Assembly (NCBI RefSeq): GCF_006345805.1
Contig: NC_042999.1
Span: forward strand, 7,688,001 to 7,752,000
Length of the DNA: 64,000 nt
From: Octopus sinensis
Lineage: Eukaryota
Direction: 5' to 3'
Shown here: positions 35,668 through 48,501 of the stretch, piece after piece
Position numbering within the stretch: the stretch's first letter is position 1
How the letters are laid out: the number at the start of each line of letters is the position of its first letter
Notes under the pieces: model-generated
What the model was told of the DNA's origin: nothing
Seen by the model: the letters and a program-made list of their open reading frames with translations, nothing else
Databases searched by the model: none
Program-made: the position numbers and the translations under genes

Positions 35668-37335
35668 TCTAGGTGTGTGTGTATGTGTGTGTGTGTGTGT
35701 GTGTGTTTTGTCTTTGTTCCCCGAAAATTAGCAGTTCCACAAAAAAAAATGATAGAATAAATACCAGTTTAAAAAATGTGCTTGAATCGATTTGCTCGCT
35801 GAAAATTCTTCAAGATGGTGCACCAGCATGGCCGCAGTCTAATGACTGGAAAGTAAAAAAGCTAAAAGAATACTATACACCATGTGAAAGAGTACCAACG
35901 TGTGTATGAAGATTAAGCTAATCTTCTGTTAGGCTGAGATTATAAGTTACTTTGTATTTCGTTCAACACCTTCGTCGTTTTATATCTCCTACATTTATGA
36001 AAGTCACCAGTCCAATGCAATCACTTTTTGTGTATTGTATAAACGTCTGTTCTACTTCCTAAGCAAGAAATTGAAATTCTTCACCTGGCCAGTTACCAGA
36101 ATCAATTAAATACGGTGGTGTAAGCTGTTATTTTCACTTCTTTTAAATCGGTACAGAATTTTACAAATATACATGTGACAGCTGTCAATCGAAGTTCGAA
36201 TGATATTTCGATTTAAGTAAATATGAAAAGTATTGCTAAAGAAAAAGTTTTAACTGCTTAATGTTATAACATGGCATCGTTCTTGGTACCGTTTTACGTG
36301 TATAACTCTTTATGTCCGTTGATTAAGTTCATTGGAAACTGTTTGACGAAAGGAGGCGAAGAGTTACAGATAATATCTAAGAAAGATAACTTGTTCGGGA
36401 AACTGTGAAGCAATTTTTGTAAAAAAGCGTTATTATAACTTTGAAACTTTCTCACTAACTTCAAAATTTCTCACAGTAATAAACAGATTGCAGTCTTTAA
36501 TCAGTTCAATCATCAATCACAAAAGGAAGTCGGTATATAATCGATGTTTTACAACTCAAAATCAGATTCATTTAAAGAAACTAAGAGTGAAACAGAACAT
36601 AAAATATCCAAATTGAAATAATGGTTTTTGCTTTATGGCACCGCTAGGTTACTTATCATTAATCTTCATCATCGAATTGGGAGGAAAAGAGAATGGCAAA
36701 CCGTTACAAAATACCATTCTTACTGCCTCATAAAATCAAAGTTGTTATACTTAATTATACAGGAGAAAGGGCAAAGAAATTCTTTGAATGTATTTTTATA
36801 TCTTGGGATAGCTTCATATAGAATAGATGAACTAGACACTTAAAATACAACAAGGAATATTTCAGGAACATGGACACCAGACACATTGTCTTTACATTTT
36901 TTTTTATTCATTCAATAAATTTGGTAGCCATTCTATTTCTGTAATTTTTGTAGACTTCTTTTACATAATTTTATGTATATATTCATTCGGCATTTCCCAC
37001 GTGGTCATTTTGCTGTGTGCTCATTCTTTTTTCTGTCTGTCTGTCTGTCTCTCTCTTTCCCGTGCATGCACACACGTACACACACACACATATCACATTC
37101 TCATGTGTGTTTGCATATATTTATGAGTTTGTACTCGAACATATAAACATACGTATACCTGTATATTTATAAATCACTTTATAGTAGTACATGATTTTAT
37201 TAACGATTCTTTATCGAATTCAGCGAGGATCATCTTCACCCTTTGATAATTGCACTTCTCAAAGAGAATTACAAATAGGGGATGCAACTTTACAAGCAAT
37301 TTGAATATTACAACTGCTATACTTGTGTGTCCTCA

Positions 37336-37569
37336 TAAGACGGCGAGCTGGCAGAAACGTTAGCACGCTGGGCGAAATGCGTAGCCGTATTTCGTCTGTC
37401 GATACGTTCTGAGTTCAAATTCCGCCGAGGTCAACTTTGCCTTTCATCCTTTCGGGGTCGATAAATTAAGTACCAGTTACGCACTGGGGTCGATGTAATC
37501 GACTTAATCCGTTTGTCTGTCCTTGTTTGTCCCATCTGTGTTTAGCCCCTTGTGGGTAGTAAAGAAATA
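37336..37569 (+). mobile_element. SINE family A monomer, 18-bp TSD
   Basis: tatacttgtgtgtcctca at 37318-37335 and 37570-37587. Confidence 0.92.
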
Positions 37570-37665
37570 TATACTTGTGTGTCCTCAACAGCGAAGAAAA
37601 TACAGTAACTGTGGTATTTTGCAAGCGTAGATGAGCGTGTTTCTCTGACTGCTACAATGACAACT

Positions 37666-38052
37666 GTGGAGGCGCAATGGCCCAGTGGTTAGGGCAGTGG
37701 ACTCGCAGTCGTAGGATCGCGGTTTCGATTCCCAGACCGGGCGTTGTGAGTGTTTATTGAGCGAAAACACCTAAAGCTCCACGAGGCTCCGGCAGGGGAT
37801 GGTGGTGATCCCTGCTGTACTCTTTCACCACAACTTTCTCTCACTCTTTCTTCCTGTTTCTGTTGTACCTTGTATCTCAAAGGGCCGGCTTTGTCACTCT
37901 CTGTGTCACGCTGAATATCCCCGAGAACTAAGTTAAGGGTACACGTGTCTGTGGAGTGCTCAGCCACTTACACGTTAATTTCACGAGCAGGCTGTCCCGT
38001 TGATCAGATCAACCGGAACCCTCGTCGTCGTAACCGACGGAGTGCTTCCACC
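37666..38052 (+). mobile_element. SINE family B, full length, 12-bp TSD
   Basis: acaatgacaact at 37654-37665 and 38053-38064. Confidence 0.93.
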
Positions 38053-38541
38053 ACAATGACAACTACCATTTAGATCTACAGACCCTTATCGACACTGGAG
38101 GGGAAGATACCTCTACAATGACGCTCTATGGCAGCATTATTGGGGAGAGCTCATTCGTTTTGAATGAGATACACTGATAAGAGAACGTCGAGTCAACTTA
38201 TAATTCTTCCCAAGTGCTGGAGGCTACCGGAAATCATGTCCGACGTAAACAGTCTTAATACTGACTGGCACAGCTTGTACCCCACGAGCCTTTCGGAACT
38301 TATTCCCAAGGTAATAAGGTTACAAATATAACACTTCACAGCGGCTTGGAGCCTTACATACTCTCTTCTGTACAGATGTTCTGACAGGAATTACGTGTCT
38401 AAAGTCAGCCAACAGCCAGCTCGTTTACCATCTTCAGTATTTTCATGTCCCCGAGTTCTACTTGTATATACGCACAAAAGTACACACAAAGTCGATAATT
38501 GTGAATATATGTAATTATACACACTTCTTACAAATGTTTTA

Positions 38542-39412
38542 TATTGGGTTGAGGAATAATTCATGTGCATTTTTTCCAAATTTATTTAAACAAAAGAAAA
38601 ACTACAACAAATTTATCAATAATATACTCTACGTTGTTGCTTACGACTTCCTCCCATCGTTCAATAAGATTTTCGAAGCCTCGGCGATAGAAATCTCCCG
38701 GTCTTCGCTCAAAGAAGCCGTCTAACCAAGATTTCAATTCCACGTCACTATTGAACGATACAACGCGCGAAGCGTTCGAAAGCGGTTGAAACAGATGAAA
38801 ACTAATGGCACCAGATCTGGAGAATATGGAGGATGAGGCAGCATTTTCTATTCGAGTTCTTGAATTGCGGCTTTGGTCACTGGCGATGTGAACCTTGCCC
38901 ATTGAGTGAAGGTGGTTCACCACAGTTTTTCTTTAATCATAATCCATCTGCTTCGCCAATTCTCTGGTCGTTTGACTTCGATTTTCATAAAGAATTTGTT
39001 TTAATCGCTCTTCATTGAACTCGATTGGTCGACCAATGTGTGATCCGTCCGTCGGGTTAAAATTCCCATTTTTGAAGCGCGAAAACCAATGCCGGGCGGT
39101 ACTTTGAGGAATTGCTCCTTCTCCATATACAACACAAATCTCACGTGTAGTTTCCGCGTCCTTAACACCTCGATTAAATGCAAAAATCAAATGGTGTCGA
39201 AAATGCCCAGCTTTGTCCACTTGACATTCTATTTTAATGAACTGAAAATATAACAAAAATCATTTAAATTAAAAGATCAAAACGCACTTTCTTGTAAAGC
39301 AAACAATTCTCTTTTAAATAACATTAAGCATTTTGAAAATGCGTTTTACTTCTGCGTGCATTTTTAAATTTGAAAAACAAAACCGCTGATGAATTATTTC
39401 TCAACCCAGCAT
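38542..39412 (-). mobile_element. Internally deleted mariner transposon
   Basis: TIR TTGGGTTGAG(G/A)AATAATTCAT at both ends; N-terminal HTH (HFRHHLIFAFNRG..WFSRFKNGNF..GRP) and C-terminal PYSPDL..FHLF..FYRRG..L.ERWEEVV; the DD34D core is missing. Confidence 0.9.
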
Positions 39413-39423
39413 ATTTTTTCTAC

Positions 39424-39960
39424 TGTAGGCACAAGGCCCAAACTTTTGGGGAGGGAGCCAGTCAAATAGATCGACCCCAGTACGCAACTGGTACTTAATT
39501 TATCGACCCCGAAAGGCAAAGTCAACCTCGGCGGAATTTGAACTCAGAATGTAAATACAGATAAAATACCTATTTATTTACTACCCACAAGGGGCTAATC
39601 ACAGAGAGAACAAACAAGGATAGACAAACGGATTAAGTCGATTATATTGACCCCAGTGCGTAACTGGTACTTATTTAATCGACCCCGAAAGGATAAAATG
39701 CAAAGTCGACCTCGGCGGAATTTGAACTCAGACAAAATACCTATTTCTTTACTACCTACAAGGGGCTAAACACAGAGAGGACAAACAAGGACAACAAATG
39801 GATTAAGTCGATTATATCGACCCCAATGCGTAACTGGTACTTGATTTATCGACCCCGAAAGGATGAAAGGCAAAGTTGACCTCGGCGGAATTTGAACTCA
39901 GAACGAAATACCGCTAAGCATTTCGCCCTGTGTGTAACGTTTCTGCCACCTCGCTGCCTT
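39424..39960 (-). mobile_element. SINE family A, three units
   Basis: Core aactggtac at ~39486, 39661 and 39831; one head; the terminal unit has the alternative tail. Confidence 0.9.
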
Positions 39961-40021
39961 GTCAACAAAGTATTTTGATTCTGAAAAATATACTTTTACT
40001 GTATAGTTGCCGTACCCTGTG

Positions 40022-40290
40022 GAAGGGCGCGGCTTATTGGTTAGGGATGTGCAGCAGGTGATCGTAAGGTCGTGAGTTCAATTCCCGGCGGCATGTTGTG
40101 TCTTTAAGCAAGACACTTTATTTCCCGTTGCCTCAGTCCACTCAGCTGGCAAAAATAAGTTGTACCTGTATTTGAAAGGGCCAGCCTTGTCACATTCTGT
40201 GTCACGCTAAATCTCCCTGAAAACTACGTTAAGGATACGCGTGTCTATTAATTTCACAAACTGGAAAACGCATCGTCGTAACTGACTGAA
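40022..40290 (+). mobile_element. CORE-like SINE with the family-B 3' tail
   Basis: gttgtgtctttaagcaagacactttatttc core, then tgtacctgtatttgaaagggccagccttgtcac tail. Confidence 0.7.
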
Positions 40291-40357
40291 GGTCTGTCCT
40301 TCCTGCCGTAGCCTTCATTCTCAATTTCAAACATTCATGTTGAGCCTTGTCTCATGA

Positions 40358-40435
40358 ATACCCTCCAGCCTTCATCAGGTGTCTTGGGGAAATTTCGAAC
40401 CTGGGTTCTCATTCCTAAGGTATTTTTCGTTGTTG

Positions 40436-40475
<40 letters not shown>
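40358..40475 (-). mobile_element. Truncated element with the 5' half of a hammerhead
   Basis: ACAC CUGAUGA A GGCUG gagggua; the GAAA half is absent; adjoins (TTA)n. Confidence 0.35.
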
Positions 40476-40477
<2 letters not shown>

Positions 40478-40872
40478 TCGCACTCGGAATCTTGGGGTTA
40501 GTAGCCCGAGCTCTTAACCTCTACGCCATATGCCCCAACTTATTTCATGCTGTACACTCTTTATCCGACTCATTTTCTGATTATCGGTGTTATATCATTG
40601 TCTCATTTGGGAAAAATGAGCTCATAAATCTACTTTCTAGTCTCTGCCTACGTAACAATTGTCCTATATATACATGTAACCTGATATCTAAAAATTTCAT
40701 AAAGTTTTCATTAATTCAATTCTTCTCTTAATTAGTTTTAGTTAATTTCTTTTAAACGCCTGTCTACAATACTGAATTTCATACCAGCTTGTCATCTATA
40801 ATTTTATTACAATCAGCAAAGAATTATCATGACATAACAATGATGGTTTTTAAAAAATAATATTTTTAACAC

Positions 40873-41087
40873 TTTACTCCTTTACTAGTTTTAGTCATTT
40901 GACTAAATGGCCATGCTGGAGCACCGCCTTTAGTCGAGCAACTTGACCCCAGGACTTATTCTTTGTAAGTCTAGTACTTATTCTATCGGTCTCTTTTGCC
41001 GAACTGCTAAGTTACGGGCACGTAAACACACCACAAGCGATGTTGGGGGGGGGACAAACATAGACACACAAACATACACACACATAC

Positions 41088-41134
<47 letters not shown>

Positions 41135-41284
41135 TATACGACGAGCTTCTTTCAGTTTCCGTCTACCAAATCCACTCACAAGGCTTTAGTAGAAAACACT
41201 TGCCCAATGTGCCACGCAGTGGGACTGAAACTGGAGCCATGTGGTTGGTGAGCAAGCTAGTTACCACACAGCCACTCCTACGCT
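40873..41284 (-). mobile_element. SINE family D
   Basis: Head and tail both present. Confidence 0.88.
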
Positions 41285-43153
41285 TCCCACTTTGAAAATA
41301 AATTTCTGATTAATAATATATAAACACTTTTATGTATTGAGTATTTAAGTATATGTATATATTTCGAAAAACCTTATCTTCATGGTAATCTCCAAGAGAA
41401 CTGAGTCTCGTGTGCATCTCTTCTATGTGCATTTGCAATTAATAGGATTGCGACGTGTAGCTTGAAATTCCTTTGACAAACAATGCGATACAGAAGAGCA
41501 AACGAAGTGTTTCAATTTTCTGTTTTTTGTCAACATTTCTTCTAAATTTTTCTTGTAAATTTCTTGTAATTTTGTAACAAGACACTCAGTGGTTTATTTA
41601 AGGGGAGGAGACAGAGTTAAGTTTTTTAGATATTGTAACCAATTTTTCTACAAGTTACAACAAAATATTACATCTATAAGAGTTTGATATATTTAGAGCT
41701 AATGTTGTGTAATTCTATGATAGGAGCGACCGAACTACCAGGCGTCTAATGGATGTTCTTCAAAAGACACATCTATCTTTTCATAACGCCAACTAATTAA
41801 AACACTGAAAGCTGAAAACTTTGAATGGTATAGCCCAGTCTGGAGACAGAGTGTCAATAATATATGATATGGTATTAGTTTACGATAAATTTTCGTTTTG
41901 TAATGTTTGTATTATTTTTGTTAATAGTTTAGAATGACAGCGTATCAAAGCTAATTAAAATATATGTAATTTTCTTTCTGTCGGAATTTATTTAATTTAT
42001 AAAGTTTTATGTACTCAAAGAGATATCAGATTAAACATTACAATCAGATGAAAATAATAAAAGGCTATCGATTAAAGCAAAACAATGCATTTGTGTTGTT
42101 GAGTTATTCTAAATTGCAGCAACATCGGTGAATATCTTTACGCCATAATAACACCGCAGTATGATGACAAAAGCAAGTTCAAGCGTCAGCGTGTATCAAG
42201 AATTTTAATTCCAATCATTGAACACTCGCAGAAATACATGATCGATTGCTTGTAAATTTGCGCAAGGGACATTTGGTCAGGAAGAAAAAAGGTACGAGAA
42301 ATAGGAGTGGAACAGTGTGAGATGGGTTGAAGTCGATCCCATTGGGATCGATCTGATGTTGTGAGCAATTAAACTTATATACCGTGAATAATTTACCAAG
42401 GTTCTCTATCTTCAGATCCAATTCTACACCGAATAAATTAATGAAGAACACAGTTACATCATGTAATAATTAATTCTCTTTTTACTTCGTTTTTGAATTT
42501 GGTTTGCAAGATTCTTTATATGAGTTCGTGTGTTGAAGCTTATTCTGTTGTGTCGGGGAGAGTCATTTTCTTTTTGTGCCTTATATTGTAACACACTCAC
42601 CGGTAAAATTTCCACTTATTTCATATTTTTATTCTCCTAAAATTTTCGTTGCGTCTTGCAACCTTTTCAATAGTTTTGACTCTCTTTTTACTACTGCATG
42701 TAATATAACCAGTTTCTAGATGTCTCGTTATTAGAGATATCCATTTAGAAATGACCAGACACGTGACTTGAAAAATTGTGGCGTTTACACTTTTTTCAAA
42801 GAATATTAGTGGCACAAATAAAAATTATGGAAATAATTTTACATATCCAGTTTACTTCGTGATTATTTCTAATCTCGAAAGCACTCGCTCCTTTTGAAGA
42901 ATGAAAATCAAAAAAATAGAAAGAATTACCATTCCAATCGTCGTAATAACCATACTTTCAAATGAAGGTCTCACTCGCTATTTAATCGCATGTGTCACTA
43001 TATACCAGTAATGTATATCATTGCACATAAAAAGAAGAACATATTTCTTATATTGTGCCCCGGAAAATATTTGAGAGGAAGCTCATAGAAATAATTATGT
43101 CCAGTTCAACTTGAAAGTATTAAAAGACGGGTGCTCAGGGATAGTATGACCAG

Positions 43154-43359
43154 CATCATCATCATCATTGTTCGACCGTGGTCGAGACAATGGAATTTAC
43201 CATGTTGCGCCAGACTTCACGGTCCATCATAGCATTACGGAGGTCCTGTTGCTGGATGCCTGTATCCCTGGAGATTACATCAGGGTAGGAGAGTGTGCGC
43301 CCTCTGGTGTTGCGAGTAGATGACCAGCGGTGAACGGAAGGATGAGGAAGAGAATTCAA
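43154..43359 (-). mobile_element. RTE-clade LINE 3' fragment
   Basis: RGRTLSYPDVISRDTGIQQQDLRNAMMDREVWRNMV* plus (ATG)n tail. Confidence 0.85.
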
Positions 43360-43379
43360 ATAGTGAAACTATAGCAATA

Positions 43380-44710
43380 GAGTTAAAGGAAGAAAACGGA
43401 GCATGGGGCTGAGATTATTGATAAGGAAAGTGATGAGAGAACCGAGGAACAGACGTCCATTTTAAATGAAATTATTGATATTTGGACCTCGGGTGAACAG
43501 AGCCTCCATATGGGGTTTAAAAAAGTAGACAGAAAGAAACTAACTGAACGGATCAGAAAGATAAATGATATCCTTGGTGACATCAGGACTGACAACAACA
43601 GAGATACCAACAATCTGATAAATGCAATCTCGATCTTTATAAACCGAAAGTTAGGTTTGAAAGCCAAAGGTAAATGTCAACATAACCTGAAAGAACCATG
43701 GTGGAAAAGAAGAATAACGCAGTCTATTAACGAGACCAGAAAAAATATTAACATTCTGGAACGGAAAAAGAGAAATGAAGTCAGAATGTGTTGAGCTAGA
43801 GAGGAAGTATAGGGTGAAGGGAAAGGGAATCAATGATGTGATTGAAGAATTAAAACAGAATTTGAAAGCTAAAGCACATAAACTAAAGAGATATGAACAG
43901 AGAATTGAGCAGTACAGATTAAACAGGCTTTTCGAACAAAATCAGAAAAGACTCTATCAGGAACTGGGAAAGAAAAAGGTGAAAAAGCCGTTCCGGATGC
44001 TGAAGAAAGCAAAAGTTTCGAGTCAAACATATAGTCTCAGGAGACACAACACGAAACTGAAGCAGAGTGGTTAAAGACACTCAAAGAGGAGAGAGGAGAG
44101 TATCAGCAGAAGGATTTGAGAATAACCAAGGAAATGATTAGAGATCGGTGCAGGAAAATTCCTAACTGGAAAGCTCCGCGCCCAGATGGGGCTCACGGCT
44201 TTTGGGTTAAAAACTTGGCAGCTCTGCAGAGGAGAATTGCAGGACAGATGTACGAAATACTGAGTAGTGACGTCCAAGTATGGCCTGGATGACAAAAGGA
44301 ACAACAGTACTTTGCCAGAAAGGACCCAAGTAAAGGGTATGCGGCTGGAAACCTCCGATCAAAACCTTGTTTGCTACTGGCGTGGAAACTGATGACGGGC
44401 ATCATATCAAACAGCATCTATAAGTACCTAGATGAGAACGGCCTGCTACCAATGGAGCAAAAAGTGGGTAGACGTAAGAACAGAGGAATGAAGGATCAAT
44501 TACTAATCGATAAGACTACCCTGGCTGATTACAAGAGACACAACCATTTGGCAATAGTATGGGTGGACTACAAGAAAGTATATGGCATGGTTCCACACTA
44601 ATCGATTATCGAATGCTATAAACTGCTTAAGGTCTCCTACAATATCCTGAAGTTAATACAAAACTCAGTGACAACGGGGAGAACTGAACTCACAGCATTG
44701 GAAGATAAGC
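43380..44710 (+). pseudogene. R4/Dong-like non-LTR retrotransposon RT relic
   Basis: EPWWKRRI; RYEQRIEQYRLNRLFEQNQKRLY; WKAP.PDG..GFWVK; WKLMTGII..EQK..R...RG.KDQLLID..WVDYKK.Y..VPH; frameshifted. Confidence 0.88.
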
Positions 44711-44838
44711 TTTCAACTTCTGGAAGTCTCAACTTTGCTTTCTCTCGGTTTGCATTAGTACATATATATATATTTCGTATCTCATACCCAGTCCATTATA
44801 TTTAATATTTCCAATTTGTTTATCCACATAATAGCCTC

Positions 44839-44898
<60 letters not shown>

Positions 44899-44899
44899 C

Positions 44900-45088
44900 A
44901 CAGACATATATATTTGCGTGTATGCCTCTGTGTCTGTCCCCCCGCTAACGCTTGACAACTGTGTTTACGTCTCCGATACTTAGCAGTTTGGCAAAAGGAA
45001 CTGATAGAATAAGTCCTAGGGTTGATTTCTTCGACTAAAAGCGGTGCTCCAGCATGGCCGCAGTCAAATGACTGAAACAAGTAAAAGA

Positions 45089-45090
<2 letters not shown>
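44900..45090 (+). mobile_element. SINE family D, 3' part
   Basis: Tail gcggtgctccagcatggccgcagtcaaatgactgaaacaagtaaaagag. Confidence 0.8.
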
Positions 45091-45124
<34 letters not shown>

Positions 45125-45127
<3 letters not shown>

Positions 45128-45325
45128 ATACAATCATGAACAAAGAGAGAACACAACAACGCGAGAATGTGGAACAAGTATAGTGATATTGGACGCTCAG
45201 GAAAGGAAAGAAAGATGGAGGATTTAACGTTTCGAGCGGAGCTCTTCGTCAGAAATATAGAAAAAGTCCAAAGAAGGGAAGACGGAGAAATAAAATCGCC
45301 AACGATACACACGCGGTCACATGTT
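45125..45325 (-). mobile_element. Element family P2, copy 2
   Basis: Similar to 31757-31945; lies in (TA)n. Confidence 0.8.
45222..45256 (-). ncRNA. Minimal type I hammerhead with palindromic ACGU stem III
   Basis: AUUU CUGACGA A GAGC ucc GCUC GAAAC GU U AAAU. Confidence 0.65.
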
Positions 45326-45336
45326 GAAATATACAT

Positions 45337-45376
<40 letters not shown>

Positions 45377-45543
45377 GCAAATATACATATACATACGCAA
45401 ATAAGAAAATGGAGAGGATACAAAACGACATACACCATCCGGTAGACAATTCCACTGTGTCTATTAATTCCACAGCATTAGAAAGTACGAAGAAAACATA
45501 CACCTTTGGTTTCCCAACCTCTAACTCTCACAGAAATATATAT

Positions 45544-45584
<41 letters not shown>

Positions 45585-45589
45585 CAACA

Positions 45590-45888
45590 ATTGAGGGCAA
45601 AATTAATTAATTATTAATCAATTTCACCAAGTGTTCAGTATGCAAAGGGACCATTCAAGGCGAATTCAAATTATTACATTATATATTATTACATTATATA
45701 ACCTTAGCATTTGATTTTTCGATGTCCTTACCCCCAAACTTTTGTGAGTTGAATTAAGCAAACACTATATATGAGAGAGATTTTCTTTAAGTATTAGAAA
45801 TAGCTTTAAAAAAGTTTTTTAGCTGCTATTTCTAATGAGTTCAGTATGCGGCAAAGTAATTTATTTTACTAAGCCCTTTTATATAATG

Positions 45889-45890
<2 letters not shown>
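45590..45890. mobile_element. Diverged relative of the 27-kb Penelope-like terminal repeat, rearranged
   Basis: gctgctatttctaa..cagtatgcggcaaag..taagcccttt matches 27625-27685; 45600-45635 matches 27730-27780 inverted. Confidence 0.55.
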
Positions 45891-45932
<42 letters not shown>

Positions 45933-45933
<1 letters not shown>

Positions 45934-46331
45934 TAGCAGTATCGCCCGGCGTTGCTCGGGTTTGTAAGGGAAATAACTATATAAGCATTTTTAGAGATGT
46001 AAAGTATAATAGCCATCTCAATATGGCTAACCACAAAGGGGTGGGGGGGTTACTGTAGCTTTTTACGTTCTGAGATTTAATAATAAATTTTTAGAGAATT
46101 ACTTCCCTTATATATGCCAAAAATGCATTAAAAATGGGAAAAATTGATGGTAAATTTTTATTTTAATCGTAGACTCAGCGTAGACGCGCGCCAATACCCA
46201 GAAGGGCTTGATATGAATCACGACTATAAGATACCCGGTTTTGGTTAAACTGCACCGCAAAATGTGGGAGTAGTTAGGAATCTAAATGGTAGGAGACAGA
46301 CAGCACACAACCTCTCTTTTATATATAAAGA
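45933..46331 (-). mobile_element. Non-autonomous Helitron (complete) in (TA)n
   Basis: A|TC...CCCGAGCAACGCCGGG..CTAG|T. Confidence 0.92.
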
Positions 46332-46334
46332 TAT

Positions 46335-46367
<33 letters not shown>

Positions 46368-47783
46368 TCGTTCCTCCTTGCCTGTCCATGATGTGCTTGA
46401 TCTTTCCTCGGTTTTTATGTAATCATTCTTGTTCACTATTTCATTCACTTTAGTTATTTCTATTGTTTGCTTCTAAAGAGCTTTGGTTGTTGCGTTGGTG
46501 TGATGAAAACACAAAGCATGATATGAAGCTCGACGGAACATTGCAAAGGCTGGCACGTAACCATTGTTTCTCCTGGTCGACCATGACGTTAACCTCTATT
46601 TTCACATTCCAGAAAATTAATTTACGGAATAACACTCTTCCTTAAATAGAAAGCAATTATCTCCTTTTAAGTCGATGTCTTGGAGGAGGGACGTTAATAA
46701 TTATCTTCTAGCTCATCTTCACAAAGCATATCTTTAAAAAATTTGTATTTTAAATCAGCGACGAAGATTTTTGCTGAATAGAAACAAAAAACTTTATGAA
46801 GAAATCAATTTTTCTATTAGCATATCTTGGCCTTTGAACTGGCATGGTTCTCAGAGAACTCCCTATACCTTTCTTGGTAATTTCTTTAAAACCGAAATAT
46901 CAATAACCTCCGATGGAGAGGAGGGAAATACCATATGTTATTAGATGTGTATTATTTAGCAGCCTGGGTCCATAGTTGATGAGTCACTGAAATGTCACAG
47001 AGCATAACCTTCAACCCTCAATAAATGACCGAAAAATCCGTCACCCAAAATAGCATTTTATATGTCAATTAAATTTTAGAGTCGCCATTGCTGTGTAAAT
47101 CGAGCGAGTAAAATATTCCAAAGAGAAATGAGTAGAAAAACCGACAGTTTTCGACCACGATCCCCGAAGGAGAATTAATTGATCAAAGCAACGCTACAGA
47201 TATTGGAGGAGAAGGAAAATTAAATAATATCTGCGAAACAAACAATAAATTCTTATTAGTTATCTCATGTGAAAATTTGATAGAAAGATATAAATATCTG
47301 TGATAGACGGGAATATTACGACCGGTTAATAAAACAACTGTATGCAGTCCGTGTCTAGATTAATCTTTGGTCAAAGGGGAGAACGGACGGGCAATATTTT
47401 CATATTGGCAAATTCGAATGTTGCGGACGACGGTCGGATTGTTAAAACTGATGTACTCTTGATGCCAGTTAATGTGTTTATTGCTTATGAGAATCAACTT
47501 TTTAATGGAATCATTTATTTATTGAAAAAGCATATATAAATGACCGACACGGATGTTTAATATTTCAGTCGTTTATTAGAATCATGTTTTCAGTTTGAAG
47601 AATAAGTAACAAACTGTAAATTGGTGATAGTTTCGAAATTTGAGTAAACTGAAATAAGCCATTTACTCTTCTTCTACTTCTCCATTTATTGTATGCAGAA
47701 GTATTTAAAGGTTGTCTGATCCTTGGGAAACTTTTTTGTTTTGTTTGGTCAGAAAAAAAAGGAAGTTTTTCTCAAACCTATAT

Positions 47784-48026
47784 AGAAAGGCGGCGAGCTG
47801 GCAGAACCGTTAGCGCGCTGGGCGAAATGCTTCGCGGTATTTCGTCGTCTGCCGTTACGTTCTGAGTTTAAATTCCGCCGAGGTCGACATTGCCTTTCAT
47901 CCTTTCGGGGTCGAAATAAATTAAATACCTGTTGTGCACTGGGGTCGGTGTGATCGACTTAATCCCGTTGTCTGTCCTTGATTGCCCCCTCTATGTTTAG
48001 CCCCCTGTGGGTAGTAAAGAAATAAG
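47784..48026 (+). mobile_element. SINE family A monomer, 10-bp TSD
   Basis: aaacctatat on both sides. Confidence 0.9.
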
Positions 48027-48266
48027 AAACCTATATCGAATTCTTGCAATAGATTTCGCTTCGTTAAAGTTGGCGATGAAGGCGCATAAAGTTTACGATA
48101 ATAAAATAACGGTCCCTTGACGGGTTTCCAATCAATTTCTGTCTACCAAATTTCTCTGTTGAGGATTTTAACGAGTCCAGGTCTGATATATATTTGTCCA
48201 CGGTACCGCAGAATGGCATTGAAACCTAAACTGCGCAGTTAGGTAGCAAACCATTTATACACAACC

Positions 48267-48501
48267 TATTTCTTTACTACCCACAAGGGGCTAAAGACAA
48301 TGGAGACAAACAAGGACAGACAAACGGATTAAGTCGATTATATCGACCCCAGTGCGTAACTGGTACTTATTTAATCGACTCCGAAAGGATGAAAGGCAAA
48401 GTCGACCTCGGCGGAATTTGAACTCAGAACGTAACGGCAGACGAAATACGGCTACACATTCCGCCCGGCGTGCTAACGTTTCCGCCAGCTCGCCGCCTTC
48501 T
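48267..48501 (-). mobile_element. SINE family A monomer, 14-bp TSD
   Basis: atttatacacaacc at 48253-48266 and 48502-48515. Confidence 0.92.

Larger units (their letters stand above)
34835..35875 (+). mobile_element. SINE family D split by nested insertions
   Basis: Head 34835-34990 and tail 35672-35875; P1 copy 3 and a MITE lie in its internal microsatellite. Confidence 0.7.

Noticed and set aside
36290-36470. Mariner C-terminal relic
   Set aside because: Similarity is limited to a few residues and no TIR pair was found.
37666-37740. tRNA genes at SINE heads (also 13564, 23690, 49180)
   Set aside because: They continue into SINE bodies with TSDs and lack a proper acceptor stem and terminator.
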